Of a stretch of 64,000 bases of DNA, positions 34,493 to 44,490 are shown piece by piece. Each line of letters starts with the position of its first letter. The stretch's first letter is position 1. Below the pieces are notes generated by a model that saw only the letters and a program-made list of their open reading frames with translations, was not told the DNA's origin and searched no databases. The DNA comes from Thermoplasmata archaeon. GTDB taxonomy: Archaea; Thermoplasmatota; Thermoplasmata; GCA-020350865. The stretch spans positions 125,906 to 189,905 of the forward strand of contig CP070751.1 in assembly GCA_020348445.1 (NCBI GenBank), given 5' to 3'. Both the position numbers and the translations under genes were made by a program.

Positions 34493-37400
34493 ATGAACAT
34501 GAAAAAATCTAATATGGCGAAAAAAGGGGGGCTTTATAAACGATTCTCATCTGTGTTCATGATTATCATTGTTATTTTTAGTGGTACTTTAACTTTGTTT
34601 CCAGTCCTTTATGATGATGCAATTCAAAATGCAGAAGGTATAGCAATTGATAATATTTTCTTTGACGACATGGAACCTGGAGGACCTGCATATTCGGGTC
34701 AGTGGACAGTAATGGATGCTGTTCCGGGCCTACCTCCTCCCCCCAGTGCAAGCCAATGGGAATTAGGAACTCCGATGCCTCCTCCCAATGCCTACTCCCC
34801 ATCTAATGTCTGGGGTACCGAGTTAATGGGTCCTTATCAAACAATGTCCGAGTGCATATTAATTACTCCAACTATCGATTTATCATACATAGATCCCAAA
34901 GCCATATTAGGAGTCAAATTAACTTTTTTCCACTGGTACAATTTCAGTAAAATGGATGGTGGTTGGGTTGAGGTAAATCCCACTCAATTTAATTTGGAAC
35001 CAGATCCTCTTGAACCAGAAGGAGGTTATCCAGGCATGGTGCTTAGCTGGCGTGGATCTACAATATCTGGCTATGCGGGCAGCAACGGTGACTGGGAACT
35101 TGCTACTTTTGATTTGTCTGATTACATTGGGCAGTCCATCACAATAGGTTTTCATTTCTGCGGGTACTATGGAGACATGACGACACGAGGGTGGTATATT
35201 GATGATGTACTAGTTGAAATTGAACGTATAGATGGACCTTTTATCGAGTCTGATCAGGAAAAGGTAGGAATGCCGGGAGATACACTATCATATATTCTTA
35301 CAGTTACAAATTTTAATTCCTCTGCAGATTTCATTGATCTTCGGTATTTTAATATAGAGGGATGGTACGTGGAAATTCTCAATTCTACAACCTACCTGCC
35401 CCTTGAAAGTATAGGAGGGGATCCCAGGTACCCTGATGTTTACCTTTTGCCCAATGCCTCAATTGATATAGTTGTGAACATCACTATACCAACATGGATT
35501 TCTGGATGGGATGTGTCTGATACCACCACCATTTATGCAATATTATCATCTGCGCCATACAAATTGGATACTGTTGAGCTTATCGCAAGAACTCCCTTCC
35601 CCGATGTGGCAATCTTGGATATCTCCTCACCCTCACCAATTCAAACAGGAAACACAGTCACTGTTGTTGTTACGGTAATAAATAATGACGATTGGCCCTA
35701 TAGCTTCTATGTAGAGGGCGAAGTTTCGGGCCCAATGATCAACCCACCAAGTACCTTGGAGCCGCAAATGCAGTTTATAGCAGACCTTCTTCCCAAAAGC
35801 ACAACCACACTGATTTGGAATTTTATCCCTGATATTTCATGTCGTTATAATTTCACAGCTACAACATTACTTGACATCGACCAGGTTGAATACAATAATA
35901 AGTCATCCTTGAACATAGACGTCCTTGAAATTGAATGGAGCGATGATATGGAGGCAGGAGGTGATGCTTCCTTCGGACTTTGGGACAACACGACTTTCGG
36001 TGGTCCACAGACAAAATGGGAATTAGGGACCCCCTCATGGTCTAGTTTTCCACCTGATGGCCCTCCTGCAGGGAGCCTACCATCACCTGACAATTGTTGG
36101 GGAACAGACCTAGACGCCGCCTATCAGGTTGGAACTGATTGCTATCTATTCACTCCTGCCTCCTCTGCATTTGATTTTTCCGGAAGATACCTCATCTATT
36201 TAACATTCTATCATTGGTTGAAGCTGAATAATATCTCGAAAGGAGATTATGTGGAGATCGTCTACACACTTGATCCTGCTATCACGACGATTTATTCCAC
36301 AGGAATTAAATTTGAGGGTGTCTCAAATGGCTGGGAACTAATAAGCCTTGATCTATCAGAATTTGTAAAAAATGAGCCTTATGTTAGGTTCGGTTGGCGA
36401 CTTCGTCAGGGAGCAAGTGGTCTTGTAATTGGAATATGGCCTGGATGGTATATCGATGATGTGGCTGTCTGGTCGACTCCTCCCAGAGCAGATCTAATAA
36501 TTACCGAGATCGTGGATAGTGGAGGTGATGAGTACATCGAGGTTTTCAATAGAGGAAAATTACCTGCATATCTTTTAGATTATGGAATTACACTTGATCG
36601 GGGCTCATCCTATCTTAACTCTGGGGACTGGGCGACCCCAATGGTTATGCCAGGTGGATATACCTACTATTCTATCCCCTCAGGTATGGATGAACTTAAC
36701 GACCAAGGGGAGACAATATATATCGTTAATACATCCACGACACAGGAATTAATAACTGATCAATTATCATATGGCCAGAACGGTTGGGTTCCTGACCCGA
36801 TCCCTGGGGAGAGTGTGGCTAGGTATTGGGACGGAGGTGGATATGCAGACATCTGGGCCAGGGATCCCTTTTCTACAATAGGCTCACAAAATGACGCTCC
36901 TGGTGAGGTGAGCCCAAAGTATGTGGTGCTAAACGAAGTTCTTTATAATCCCACATACCCATCTGATGGTTTCATCGAATTGATTTATGTTGGAGAGGAA
37001 GGCGATCCAAATGTGGATGTCCTGAATTGGCTCCTTGTTGTTGGGGACTCTGTGATTCCTATACCTTCGGGAACATATAGCACCATTCTTAATCCCTCTA
37101 ATCCGTTTTACATAATAGATGCCGTTATGATTCCTGGATTATTTGGTTCCATAGATGTGAACGGTGACAATATATATCTGTATACAGATTCGGGAGAATT
37201 TGTGGATGAGGTGGGTTGGAACTTACCACACATACCTGATACTTCCATGTCAAGGGTACCTGACGGCTTTGGTATATCATTAAATGGTAAACCCTTTGGA
37301 TTGATGGGTTATGACGATTTAAGCAGTATAGCTGCAGGATGGGTATTCGAAAGACTCCCTACCATTCCCTACATCCTCGTTGGCCCCGATTCGGAAGGTC

Positions 37401-39940
37401 GGAATTTCCCTGGTGAATATGCCAATATAAACCTTACAGTTGAGAATCGGCAGTTTGTGGGTGATCTAATTGAAATATTCAATTTCACAGAAAATGGTTT
37501 CTTTGTTGAGATCTATGATGCCACAAACACGATTAAACTTTCAGATAGCGACGGAGATGGCACTCCCGATCTTTGGCTCGATGGTCAAAACTCCATAAAC
37601 ATCACAATCCGTGTTCATATTCCAGAAACATTTCCCATACCTGATGAAAACAACGTTACCATTTATATTCAATCAGATACAAATGAATTCATCGGAGACT
37701 TCGCATTTCTTAAGGTTATACTGTATCCATATTTAGAACCCCAGAAATCCATTGCCCCATCGTCTATATTTGTGGAAGGGACCGGTTATGGTGAAGAAGC
37801 GCAAATAAGATTGGGAATTAAAGGATCCGGTTCAGTTATTCCCGGCGTAATGCGAAATGCTGCTGATATAGTATTTGTTGTGGATGACACAGGATCAATG
37901 GGAGATGATATTGACCAGGTAAAGGAGGACATCGACTATATAGTGGATCGTATTCTTGAGAATATAACCAGTGTTCGATTTGGTTTGGTCACATATAAAG
38001 ATAAAAACGATATCGATTATGACGTCCCCTTGACTTTCGATGTTGATGAATTCAAGCAGGGTGTTTGGGATATGGTAGCAGAAGGGGGAGGAGATTACGA
38101 GGAGGCTGTAAAAGATGCCCTAAAAACAGCAAGAGATGATTCTGACTGGCGGGATGATCCTGTGGTGAGAATGATGATCCTAATGGGTGATGCTGATCCC
38201 CATGATCCAGATGGAGCCTGCGCGGTAGCGGATGATGCATACACAAACCACGGTATATACACAAATGTCATGGATGCAAGTCCCCTCGGCTTACAATCCT
38301 TTATAGATATCGCAGAGGCTGGACGGGGAGTTTACGAACATGTTGGTAACAGTCAGGAGATGGCCGATGCCATCATTAATGCCATACTGTATCTTGTTCC
38401 ACCCGTAGATATTGCGGGATTCGATATAAATCAAGATGACTCGGATTACATGGTTCAGGATGTATTACCTGATTACATAAACTATGTCCCAGGTAGTTTC
38501 TCTATTGAGCCTGACAATATCATTAATGATGCCCAGGGTCGAACCATTCTTCAATGGAATATCGAGAGAATCCGAATCGGAGAGAAATGGTCCGTAACTT
38601 TCAGTATCACAGCAACAGCACTTGGCCTAGTGGATTCTAATGACTTCTTCTTATCCCGTGTCAATTATACGAGGTGGGATAACAGCTCAAAAACTTCCTT
38701 ATTCCCGAGAACCCAAGTTCTAGTAAAATTAACTGAACCCAGTCCACCTGAACTCTATATCGATGTGGTGGATGATTTTGGAAACCTCGACGGAAAAGGC
38801 AACAATATTAGGCTTAGATGGGATCCCCCTGACTCATTATTTACCGCATATTACTTAATCTACCGCTCCGAGAATCAGACAGATTTCAATTTCTCCACAC
38901 CCTGGGTGAGAACTGATGTGAATTATGATAATGGAATTTGCGCGTTGCGTACGACATTTAATGATACCAATGTCTCAGATATTGTCGATTCCAACTACCA
39001 TCAGCAAATGTACTATACCATAAGGGCCGTTAACATTGCTAAAATGGTGAGCCAAACAAGTAGAACAGTTGGTAAATGGACAAAGACATTTGAGCAGGGA
39101 GTATCTACCTTCTCCTTACCACTTGAACCCTTACAACCCATGCAAACAGACGATTACACAAATGATATGAATGCAGAGTATATCAAATACATTGACGATA
39201 CTAGCCACATTTGGAAAAAACATAATTATGGGGATGGAACAGCGAACAACGTGCAAATGAATTTGGGAAAGGGCTTTGAAGTGAAGTTCGCATGCCCTAC
39301 AAAATATACATTCTGTGGTATGCCCGGTGCGATGATCCAGTATGACAATGCATCCTTCGTAGGATTTGATCATAACTCAGATGCCAAGAACCTAACTGCA
39401 AGAGTGGATGGTACAACCGGCGATATAATTCTGAATTGGGCCCGCCCTTTTGGTATGAGTGTAGGAGTCGATTTCTATTTTGTCTATTATTCCGATACCA
39501 GAGACGGATTCTGGGGCCTATTGGGTACCAATTATAAGATACTTGGAAAAGGTGTCATATATGCAGGGACAGAGACGGCCATTCATACAGGAGCCGCCCA
39601 GGCAGGCACTCAATTCTACTACATGGTTGTGCCAGTTTTATTAAATGGATTGCAGTTTGGTGCAAGCAGTTACAGTATTGGTGTATGGACAGGCAAGTAC
39701 AGTATGGGTTACGATACATTGGGAATACCGTTAAAACCAGATTGTACCCATACAACAGATTGGTATTGTGATGCCATTCCCAATGTATGGGGAATGAACT
39801 ACTATAATGTCCCAGGGCAACGATGGATGTGGCATAAAACCATTATGCCAAAGGGAGCATATGATGTTGATGTGGTCATGACAGAAGGATATCAGATATC
39901 CACCATAAACACCACAAAATACACATTTATAGGATTATGA
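34493..39940 (+). CDS. Giant secreted multidomain surface protein B, collinear paralog of A with a different vWA domain
   Basis: Same domain order as A, with stretches such as LYTDSG.FVDEVGWNLPH.PDTS.SRVPDGFG shared. vWA is DIVFVVDDTGSM...EGGGDYEE...GDADPH. Ends YTFIGL. Confidence 0.88.
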   Translation: MNMKKSNMAKKGGLYKRFSSVFMIIIVIFSGTLTLFPVLYDDAIQNAEGIAIDNIFFDDMEPGGPAYSGQWTVMDAVPGLPPPPSASQWELGTPMPPPNAYSPSNVWGTELMGPYQTMSECILITPTIDLSYIDPKAILGVKLTFFHWYNFSKMDGGWVEVNPTQFNLEPDPLEPEGGYPGMVLSWRGSTISGYAGSNGDWELATFDLSDYIGQSITIGFHFCGYYGDMTTRGWYIDDVLVEIERIDGPFIESDQEKVGMPGDTLSYILTVTNFNSSADFIDLRYFNIEGWYVEILNSTTYLPLESIGGDPRYPDVYLLPNASIDIVVNITIPTWISGWDVSDTTTIYAILSSAPYKLDTVELIARTPFPDVAILDISSPSPIQTGNTVTVVVTVINNDDWPYSFYVEGEVSGPMINPPSTLEPQMQFIADLLPKSTTTLIWNFIPDISCRYNFTATTLLDIDQVEYNNKSSLNIDVLEIEWSDDMEAGGDASFGLWDNTTFGGPQTKWELGTPSWSSFPPDGPPAGSLPSPDNCWGTDLDAAYQVGTDCYLFTPASSAFDFSGRYLIYLTFYHWLKLNNISKGDYVEIVYTLDPAITTIYSTGIKFEGVSNGWELISLDLSEFVKNEPYVRFGWRLRQGASGLVIGIWPGWYIDDVAVWSTPPRADLIITEIVDSGGDEYIEVFNRGKLPAYLLDYGITLDRGSSYLNSGDWATPMVMPGGYTYYSIPSGMDELNDQGETIYIVNTSTTQELITDQLSYGQNGWVPDPIPGESVARYWDGGGYADIWARDPFSTIGSQNDAPGEVSPKYVVLNEVLYNPTYPSDGFIELIYVGEEGDPNVDVLNWLLVVGDSVIPIPSGTYSTILNPSNPFYIIDAVMIPGLFGSIDVNGDNIYLYTDSGEFVDEVGWNLPHIPDTSMSRVPDGFGISLNGKPFGLMGYDDLSSIAAGWVFERLPTIPYILVGPDSEGRNFPGEYANINLTVENRQFVGDLIEIFNFTENGFFVEIYDATNTIKLSDSDGDGTPDLWLDGQNSINITIRVHIPETFPIPDENNVTIYIQSDTNEFIGDFAFLKVILYPYLEPQKSIAPSSIFVEGTGYGEEAQIRLGIKGSGSVIPGVMRNAADIVFVVDDTGSMGDDIDQVKEDIDYIVDRILENITSVRFGLVTYKDKNDIDYDVPLTFDVDEFKQGVWDMVAEGGGDYEEAVKDALKTARDDSDWRDDPVVRMMILMGDADPHDPDGACAVADDAYTNHGIYTNVMDASPLGLQSFIDIAEAGRGVYEHVGNSQEMADAIINAILYLVPPVDIAGFDINQDDSDYMVQDVLPDYINYVPGSFSIEPDNIINDAQGRTILQWNIERIRIGEKWSVTFSITATALGLVDSNDFFLSRVNYTRWDNSSKTSLFPRTQVLVKLTEPSPPELYIDVVDDFGNLDGKGNNIRLRWDPPDSLFTAYYLIYRSENQTDFNFSTPWVRTDVNYDNGICALRTTFNDTNVSDIVDSNYHQQMYYTIRAVNIAKMVSQTSRTVGKWTKTFEQGVSTFSLPLEPLQPMQTDDYTNDMNAEYIKYIDDTSHIWKKHNYGDGTANNVQMNLGKGFEVKFACPTKYTFCGMPGAMIQYDNASFVGFDHNSDAKNLTARVDGTTGDIILNWARPFGMSVGVDFYFVYYSDTRDGFWGLLGTNYKILGKGVIYAGTETAIHTGAAQAGTQFYYMVVPVLLNGLQFGASSYSIGVWTGKYSMGYDTLGIPLKPDCTHTTDWYCDAIPNVWGMNYYNVPGQRWMWHKTIMPKGAYDVDVVMTEGYQISTINTTKYTFIGL

Positions 39941-40041
39941 CGTTTAGGGAAGCAAGATTCAGTTCCAGAAACAGACACAAAACAGACCATACAAATTTAA
40001 ATTGAATGTGTCCAGCGATATAAAATGATTGAAGTGAGACC

Positions 40042-43000
40042 GTGAATACATTAGACTACAAAAGAGGGAAAATCCTTCGCAAAACATCCATATTTTTAAT
40101 CCTGATCTTAATTACAGGAAGTGCGTTTCCAACCTATAATCTAAAACAAAAACAAAATATTGGTGGATCTGATATCATGGACTTCCCAGTAGAAGAACCT
40201 TTTCCTCCCGCAAGAGGTACCCGGGCCAGCCAGGAGTTCTGGACCTATGTTTACACAATGGATCAGATCACTTTATTCAGTTACAAAAACGGAACCACAA
40301 TCACTTTGTATGATGATCTAGGTGCAATCAGATGGTATGGAATACTTGACAAGGGAGAGTATGGAGAAGCACAAAACCTGATGCCTGGGGTATACGACGC
40401 CAGGGGTTCTGAAAAGTTCTCAGTTCTGACCATGTCATGGGATGACCCCCTTGTTGCGGGCTTTTATGCAAAGGATGAGAATGGATTTGGCCTGAGTACC
40501 GAATTATATACTTATGTCCCTGCAGTATGGAACGGATATGAAAAGTTCATTATCTTTTCTTATGAAGACAATACGATGATCAACTTGACATATATCGACG
40601 GAACACCCATCTGGTCGGGAACCCTCGATGATGGGGAGCATTATGAAATTTCCACACTTAGCAATGCATACCTGTGTGTTTCAAGTTCCAAACCTGTCTC
40701 TGCTCTTTCATACTATGACCAAGGCTACGAGGTGCCTTCAAGGAATAAATCCTTTACAGGGACAGAGTTTTACACATACGCAGGCAGAGTGGGTAACTGG
40801 ACAAATGATGTGAATGTATTCGCGTTTGAGGATAATACCGAAATATGGATAAAGAGAACCAGTGATGGCACAGTATTCTGGAACGGGATTTTGAACTATG
40901 GGGAGATATATACAGAATTCTTTGCGTCAACTGAAGAATACCTTACAATAGAAAGCACCAAAAATATCGGTGTCACTGTGATTGCTACTGAATCCTATGA
41001 AGGTTATTATTGCATGAGTCACTTTCCAGACGAAACAGGCTACGGAATCGGTAATAATTTCATTACAACAACCCTTTCTGATATGTGGAGCCTAGGTTAT
41101 ATGTATATCACCGCATTTGAAGACAACACAACTGTAAATGTTGATTTCGATTCGTTTGACAAACCTTCATTGGATTCCAATGATATCTATTTTCTAGCAA
41201 ATGCCAGCGATTTTGTCCAGGCAAATAAAGGCTGGGGGCTCAACCTCATAACAAGTGACAAGAAAATTTCTGTCTTGTCAGGATATGAAACAGCACATGC
41301 CTCATTTGTTCCTCTACAGTTCGGATTGGAATATCCGGATTTGATTCCAGAAAATGTTAGCGTTGATAGTGTGTTGTATTCCTCACCTGTACTTGTAAAT
41401 CCGGGTCAGGAAATTTCCATATCTGCTTGTGCAAAAAACAATGAAAGTGTTGTCATGACCACTTTCTTTCCAATAATATTTTATAATGATTCTTCAGGAG
41501 CTTTACCATTTTACATAAACAATCTCATGCCCCTTGGTGGTTACGAGTCATCCTCAAGCCAGATTTCATCCTGGACAGCCCCCCAAACAAGTGGGATTTA
41601 TTATATTAATATCTCAGTTGACCCCGATGATGTTATTGTCGAAACCATTGAAGGAAATAATATTTTCACAATTGAAATATGGGTCCGGGGAATGCCAGAC
41701 TCGCCCATATTCTACAACAAGGTCAAGGATGGAACCGAGGATATACTGCTTTATTGGACACCACCAAAAACACCCTTTACTCATCATTATCTAATATACC
41801 GTACTGAAAGTCAAACTGGTTTTAATTTTTCAGATGTATGGATGGATACCTCAGTTGATAATGACAATGGTATCATACCCCTGAGAACTACATGGAACCA
41901 TACAAATGCTGCATCACCTAGTGCACCTCAAGAGTACTATTACTGCATAAGAACTGTAAGCCATTTTGGAGACATCAGTGTCACAAGCAACACAGTTGGT
42001 AAGTGGACAAAGCATTTTGAAGGCCCCCAAGCCAATGGAATTTTGGATTATACGCAGGTTATGGATTATAATGAGATACAAGGTACATTAACTGGATTTT
42101 CAAATATGCAGAATTGGGGAGACTGTGGTGCAAGTGCAGTTCTTACTGAAGATGGAATTTTGGGATTTAAAACCGGTGACGTAATAACAAATGGTGCATT
42201 TACAGAGGGTTTGGATTGGTATGTACCTGGATGGGATGAGACACAGACATTTGGAACTGGTTACACACAATATGATGATATGGAAAATGCACCGGGAGGT
42301 TCAGGGGGATCGTTAATAGCACGAACAAGAGTAAGTATCACAATACCTGGGGGATATACAGCGTCAAGGACACAGACCATAACTGAAACCATACCGACAT
42401 CATCCTTTGGCAACCTGAGCTTCTGGTGGAAGAAGGAGTACAACGATGATTCTCCAACAACAAGTACAATGCAAATCAACCTCATTAAACCCGATGATTC
42501 TTCGGTTGTACTCTGGCAAAATAATGGGGCAATATGGGATATCTGGACTTTTGAATCGGTATCACTTGCTTCTTCGGTTTTCGATCAGACTGGAACCTAT
42601 AAAATCGAAGTGTCTTGGACTTTCATAAACATGATACTTCTTTTGGGGGATGTAGCAGGCTGGTTCGACGAAATAGAGCTGAATCTAACCATGCCCCAAA
42701 CCTATTATCAAATGGATATAAATACTGATATTACAGGAATTCCTGTTAATAAAGGCAACGATCTGGAGATCTTTGGGAAGACCTCGGGTGAAGCCTTTGA
42801 AGTTCAAATCTACAATGGCAGTGCTTGGAATACCAGATTGGTAATTGCAGACACCTATCCGCGACTTTACAGGTATCAGCTTAATCCTATGATTGAGATC
42901 ATAGGTGGAAATGTATATACCCGTTTCGTGCATACAGATAATCGTTCGAAGATTCAAGATACTCTCACCATTGATTACCAGAGGGTAGCAAGTTACAATG

Positions 43001-43800
43001 GCGCAACTTCCACGTTTTCACTACCACTTAAGCCATATACTGCAAACACAGTGGATTGGTATGCAGATCAGATTCATAGGGCAATCTCCATCAAATGGGT
43101 GAATCATACCGGATATTGGGTGGAGCATCGTACAATAGATGCTCTGGGCGAAAGAGATGCTGATGTTGAGATTGGAAAGGGGTATGAGATATACACTGGA
43201 GATTGTTATTTTACATTTTGCGGAAGTCCTGCGGCAAATATAAGATATCTTGAAGATCAGCTACCGCAACCTGAGAATTTCGATTTAGAAGTGGATCAGG
43301 AAACTGGGGTTGTTACCCTAACCTGGGATCATGTAAATACCAGTGACTTGGATCGGTATTTGATTTACAAAACATCATCGAGGCTCGGACTGCGAGATTT
43401 GTCACTTTTTGAGTACGATTTTACCACATTTAATACTTGGATTGATCCGACACCCATATCTGAGGGGGAGAAATGGTTCTATGCCATTTCCGCGCAAAAC
43501 GCCTCTTCAACTGTTGGTTACAACACCACCTACAGCATAGGTGTGACACTGATTTCTTGGAACAAAGGCTATGACTCCTTTGGTTTGCCAAATAAGCCAT
43601 TTTCAATTAACTCCATAGATTGGTACTGTGACGAAATATCTGATAATTTGGGTATGAATTACTTTATAAACAGCGAGCAGCGTTGGAATTGGCACAAAAC
43701 CATCATGCCAAAGGGAGCATATGATACTGATGTTGTAATGTCAGAGGGATATCAAATTTCAACTACTGACAATACAAAATACAGCTTTGTAGGGATTTAA
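40042..43800 (+). CDS. Large secreted protein C (IgGFc-binding-like N-terminal repeats, CARDB-like domain, C-terminal module shared with A and B)
   Basis: GTG start, signal peptide, repeated IFSYEDNT.I / VFAFEDNTEI / ITAFEDNTTV units, DPDDVIVETIEGNN (CARDB-like), ends EGYQIST...YSFVGI. Confidence 0.85.
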   Translation: MNTLDYKRGKILRKTSIFLILILITGSAFPTYNLKQKQNIGGSDIMDFPVEEPFPPARGTRASQEFWTYVYTMDQITLFSYKNGTTITLYDDLGAIRWYGILDKGEYGEAQNLMPGVYDARGSEKFSVLTMSWDDPLVAGFYAKDENGFGLSTELYTYVPAVWNGYEKFIIFSYEDNTMINLTYIDGTPIWSGTLDDGEHYEISTLSNAYLCVSSSKPVSALSYYDQGYEVPSRNKSFTGTEFYTYAGRVGNWTNDVNVFAFEDNTEIWIKRTSDGTVFWNGILNYGEIYTEFFASTEEYLTIESTKNIGVTVIATESYEGYYCMSHFPDETGYGIGNNFITTTLSDMWSLGYMYITAFEDNTTVNVDFDSFDKPSLDSNDIYFLANASDFVQANKGWGLNLITSDKKISVLSGYETAHASFVPLQFGLEYPDLIPENVSVDSVLYSSPVLVNPGQEISISACAKNNESVVMTTFFPIIFYNDSSGALPFYINNLMPLGGYESSSSQISSWTAPQTSGIYYINISVDPDDVIVETIEGNNIFTIEIWVRGMPDSPIFYNKVKDGTEDILLYWTPPKTPFTHHYLIYRTESQTGFNFSDVWMDTSVDNDNGIIPLRTTWNHTNAASPSAPQEYYYCIRTVSHFGDISVTSNTVGKWTKHFEGPQANGILDYTQVMDYNEIQGTLTGFSNMQNWGDCGASAVLTEDGILGFKTGDVITNGAFTEGLDWYVPGWDETQTFGTGYTQYDDMENAPGGSGGSLIARTRVSITIPGGYTASRTQTITETIPTSSFGNLSFWWKKEYNDDSPTTSTMQINLIKPDDSSVVLWQNNGAIWDIWTFESVSLASSVFDQTGTYKIEVSWTFINMILLLGDVAGWFDEIELNLTMPQTYYQMDINTDITGIPVNKGNDLEIFGKTSGEAFEVQIYNGSAWNTRLVIADTYPRLYRYQLNPMIEIIGGNVYTRFVHTDNRSKIQDTLTIDYQRVASYNGATSTFSLPLKPYTANTVDWYADQIHRAISIKWVNHTGYWVEHRTIDALGERDADVEIGKGYEIYTGDCYFTFCGSPAANIRYLEDQLPQPENFDLEVDQETGVVTLTWDHVNTSDLDRYLIYKTSSRLGLRDLSLFEYDFTTFNTWIDPTPISEGEKWFYAISAQNASSTVGYNTTYSIGVTLISWNKGYDSFGLPNKPFSINSIDWYCDEISDNLGMNYFINSEQRWNWHKTIMPKGAYDTDVVMSEGYQISTTDNTKYSFVGI

Positions 43801-43849
43801 AAATCAATTTGGTATTTGCACTGGTCTGTGAGTTTATAAAGTGATCTTC

Positions 43850-44038
43850 TTACCACCAATTGAATGCACCGGTAAGAAAGGCTATGAGTTCCACAACGAC
43901 AACAGTGGCGATACATATTGCTATAATCAATCTAGGATCTATCTTTAGGGCGCTCTCCTCCTCGGAGTCAAAATACCTGATCAAACCCGCGGCTGAGTGG
44001 AATCCTTCAGATTTTTTGCCTTTTTTAGGTGGTGCCAT
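43850..44038 (-). CDS. secG: Preprotein translocase subunit Sec61beta
   Basis: GFHSAAGLIRYFDSEE...KIDPRLII followed by a single TM helix. Confidence 0.9.
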   Translation of the reverse strand: MAPPKKGKKSEGFHSAAGLIRYFDSEEESALKIDPRLIIAICIATVVVVELIAFLTGAFNWW

Positions 44039-44319
44039 TAACTCTCTCCCAGTTTTCGTAATTATTGGAGGTTGTATTTATAGGTTGCTCTTTAGTTCAT
44101 TATAATCAAAATAGATGGTATTCCTCAAAAAAGGCCAAATGCTCAATACTTTCACCTCTCAGTTTGCCTATTATATAGGATTCTGGCTAAAATCCAATGC
44201 TCTTTATTCTTTTCACAAAACCCCCCTCTTCAACCTTATATAAAGCCCAAACAATAGAGTTCCACAGTCCAAATGCGGAGTATTTCCAACAAAGAAGAAA
44301 AACGGTTGGACGTGAAAAT

Positions 44320-44481
44320 ATGAGCAAACGCAAATATAAAATACGTTATACGAAAAAGGATGATGAATGGAAAAAAATGTGTGAAGATTGTGATATTTTA
44401 AGTGAGTTTGGTGATTGCGCCTTTGGATGTGAACTCATTATCGATTCACAAAAAAGAAAAACAAAAAAATCTCAAAGATAG
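44320..44481 (+). CDS. Small Cys-rich hypothetical protein (53 aa), possible metal-binding
   Basis: MSKRKYKIRYTKKDDEWKKMCEDCDILSEFGDCAFGCELII has four Cys. Start moved from 44197. Confidence 0.45.
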   Translation: MSKRKYKIRYTKKDDEWKKMCEDCDILSEFGDCAFGCELIIDSQKRKTKKSQR

Positions 44482-44490
44482 AACAAAAGG

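Noticed and set aside
42022-43002. In-frame insertion in protein C as an intein
   Set aside because: It lacks an N-terminal Cys/Ser block A, a C-terminal His-Asn followed by a nucleophile, and LAGLIDADG motifs.
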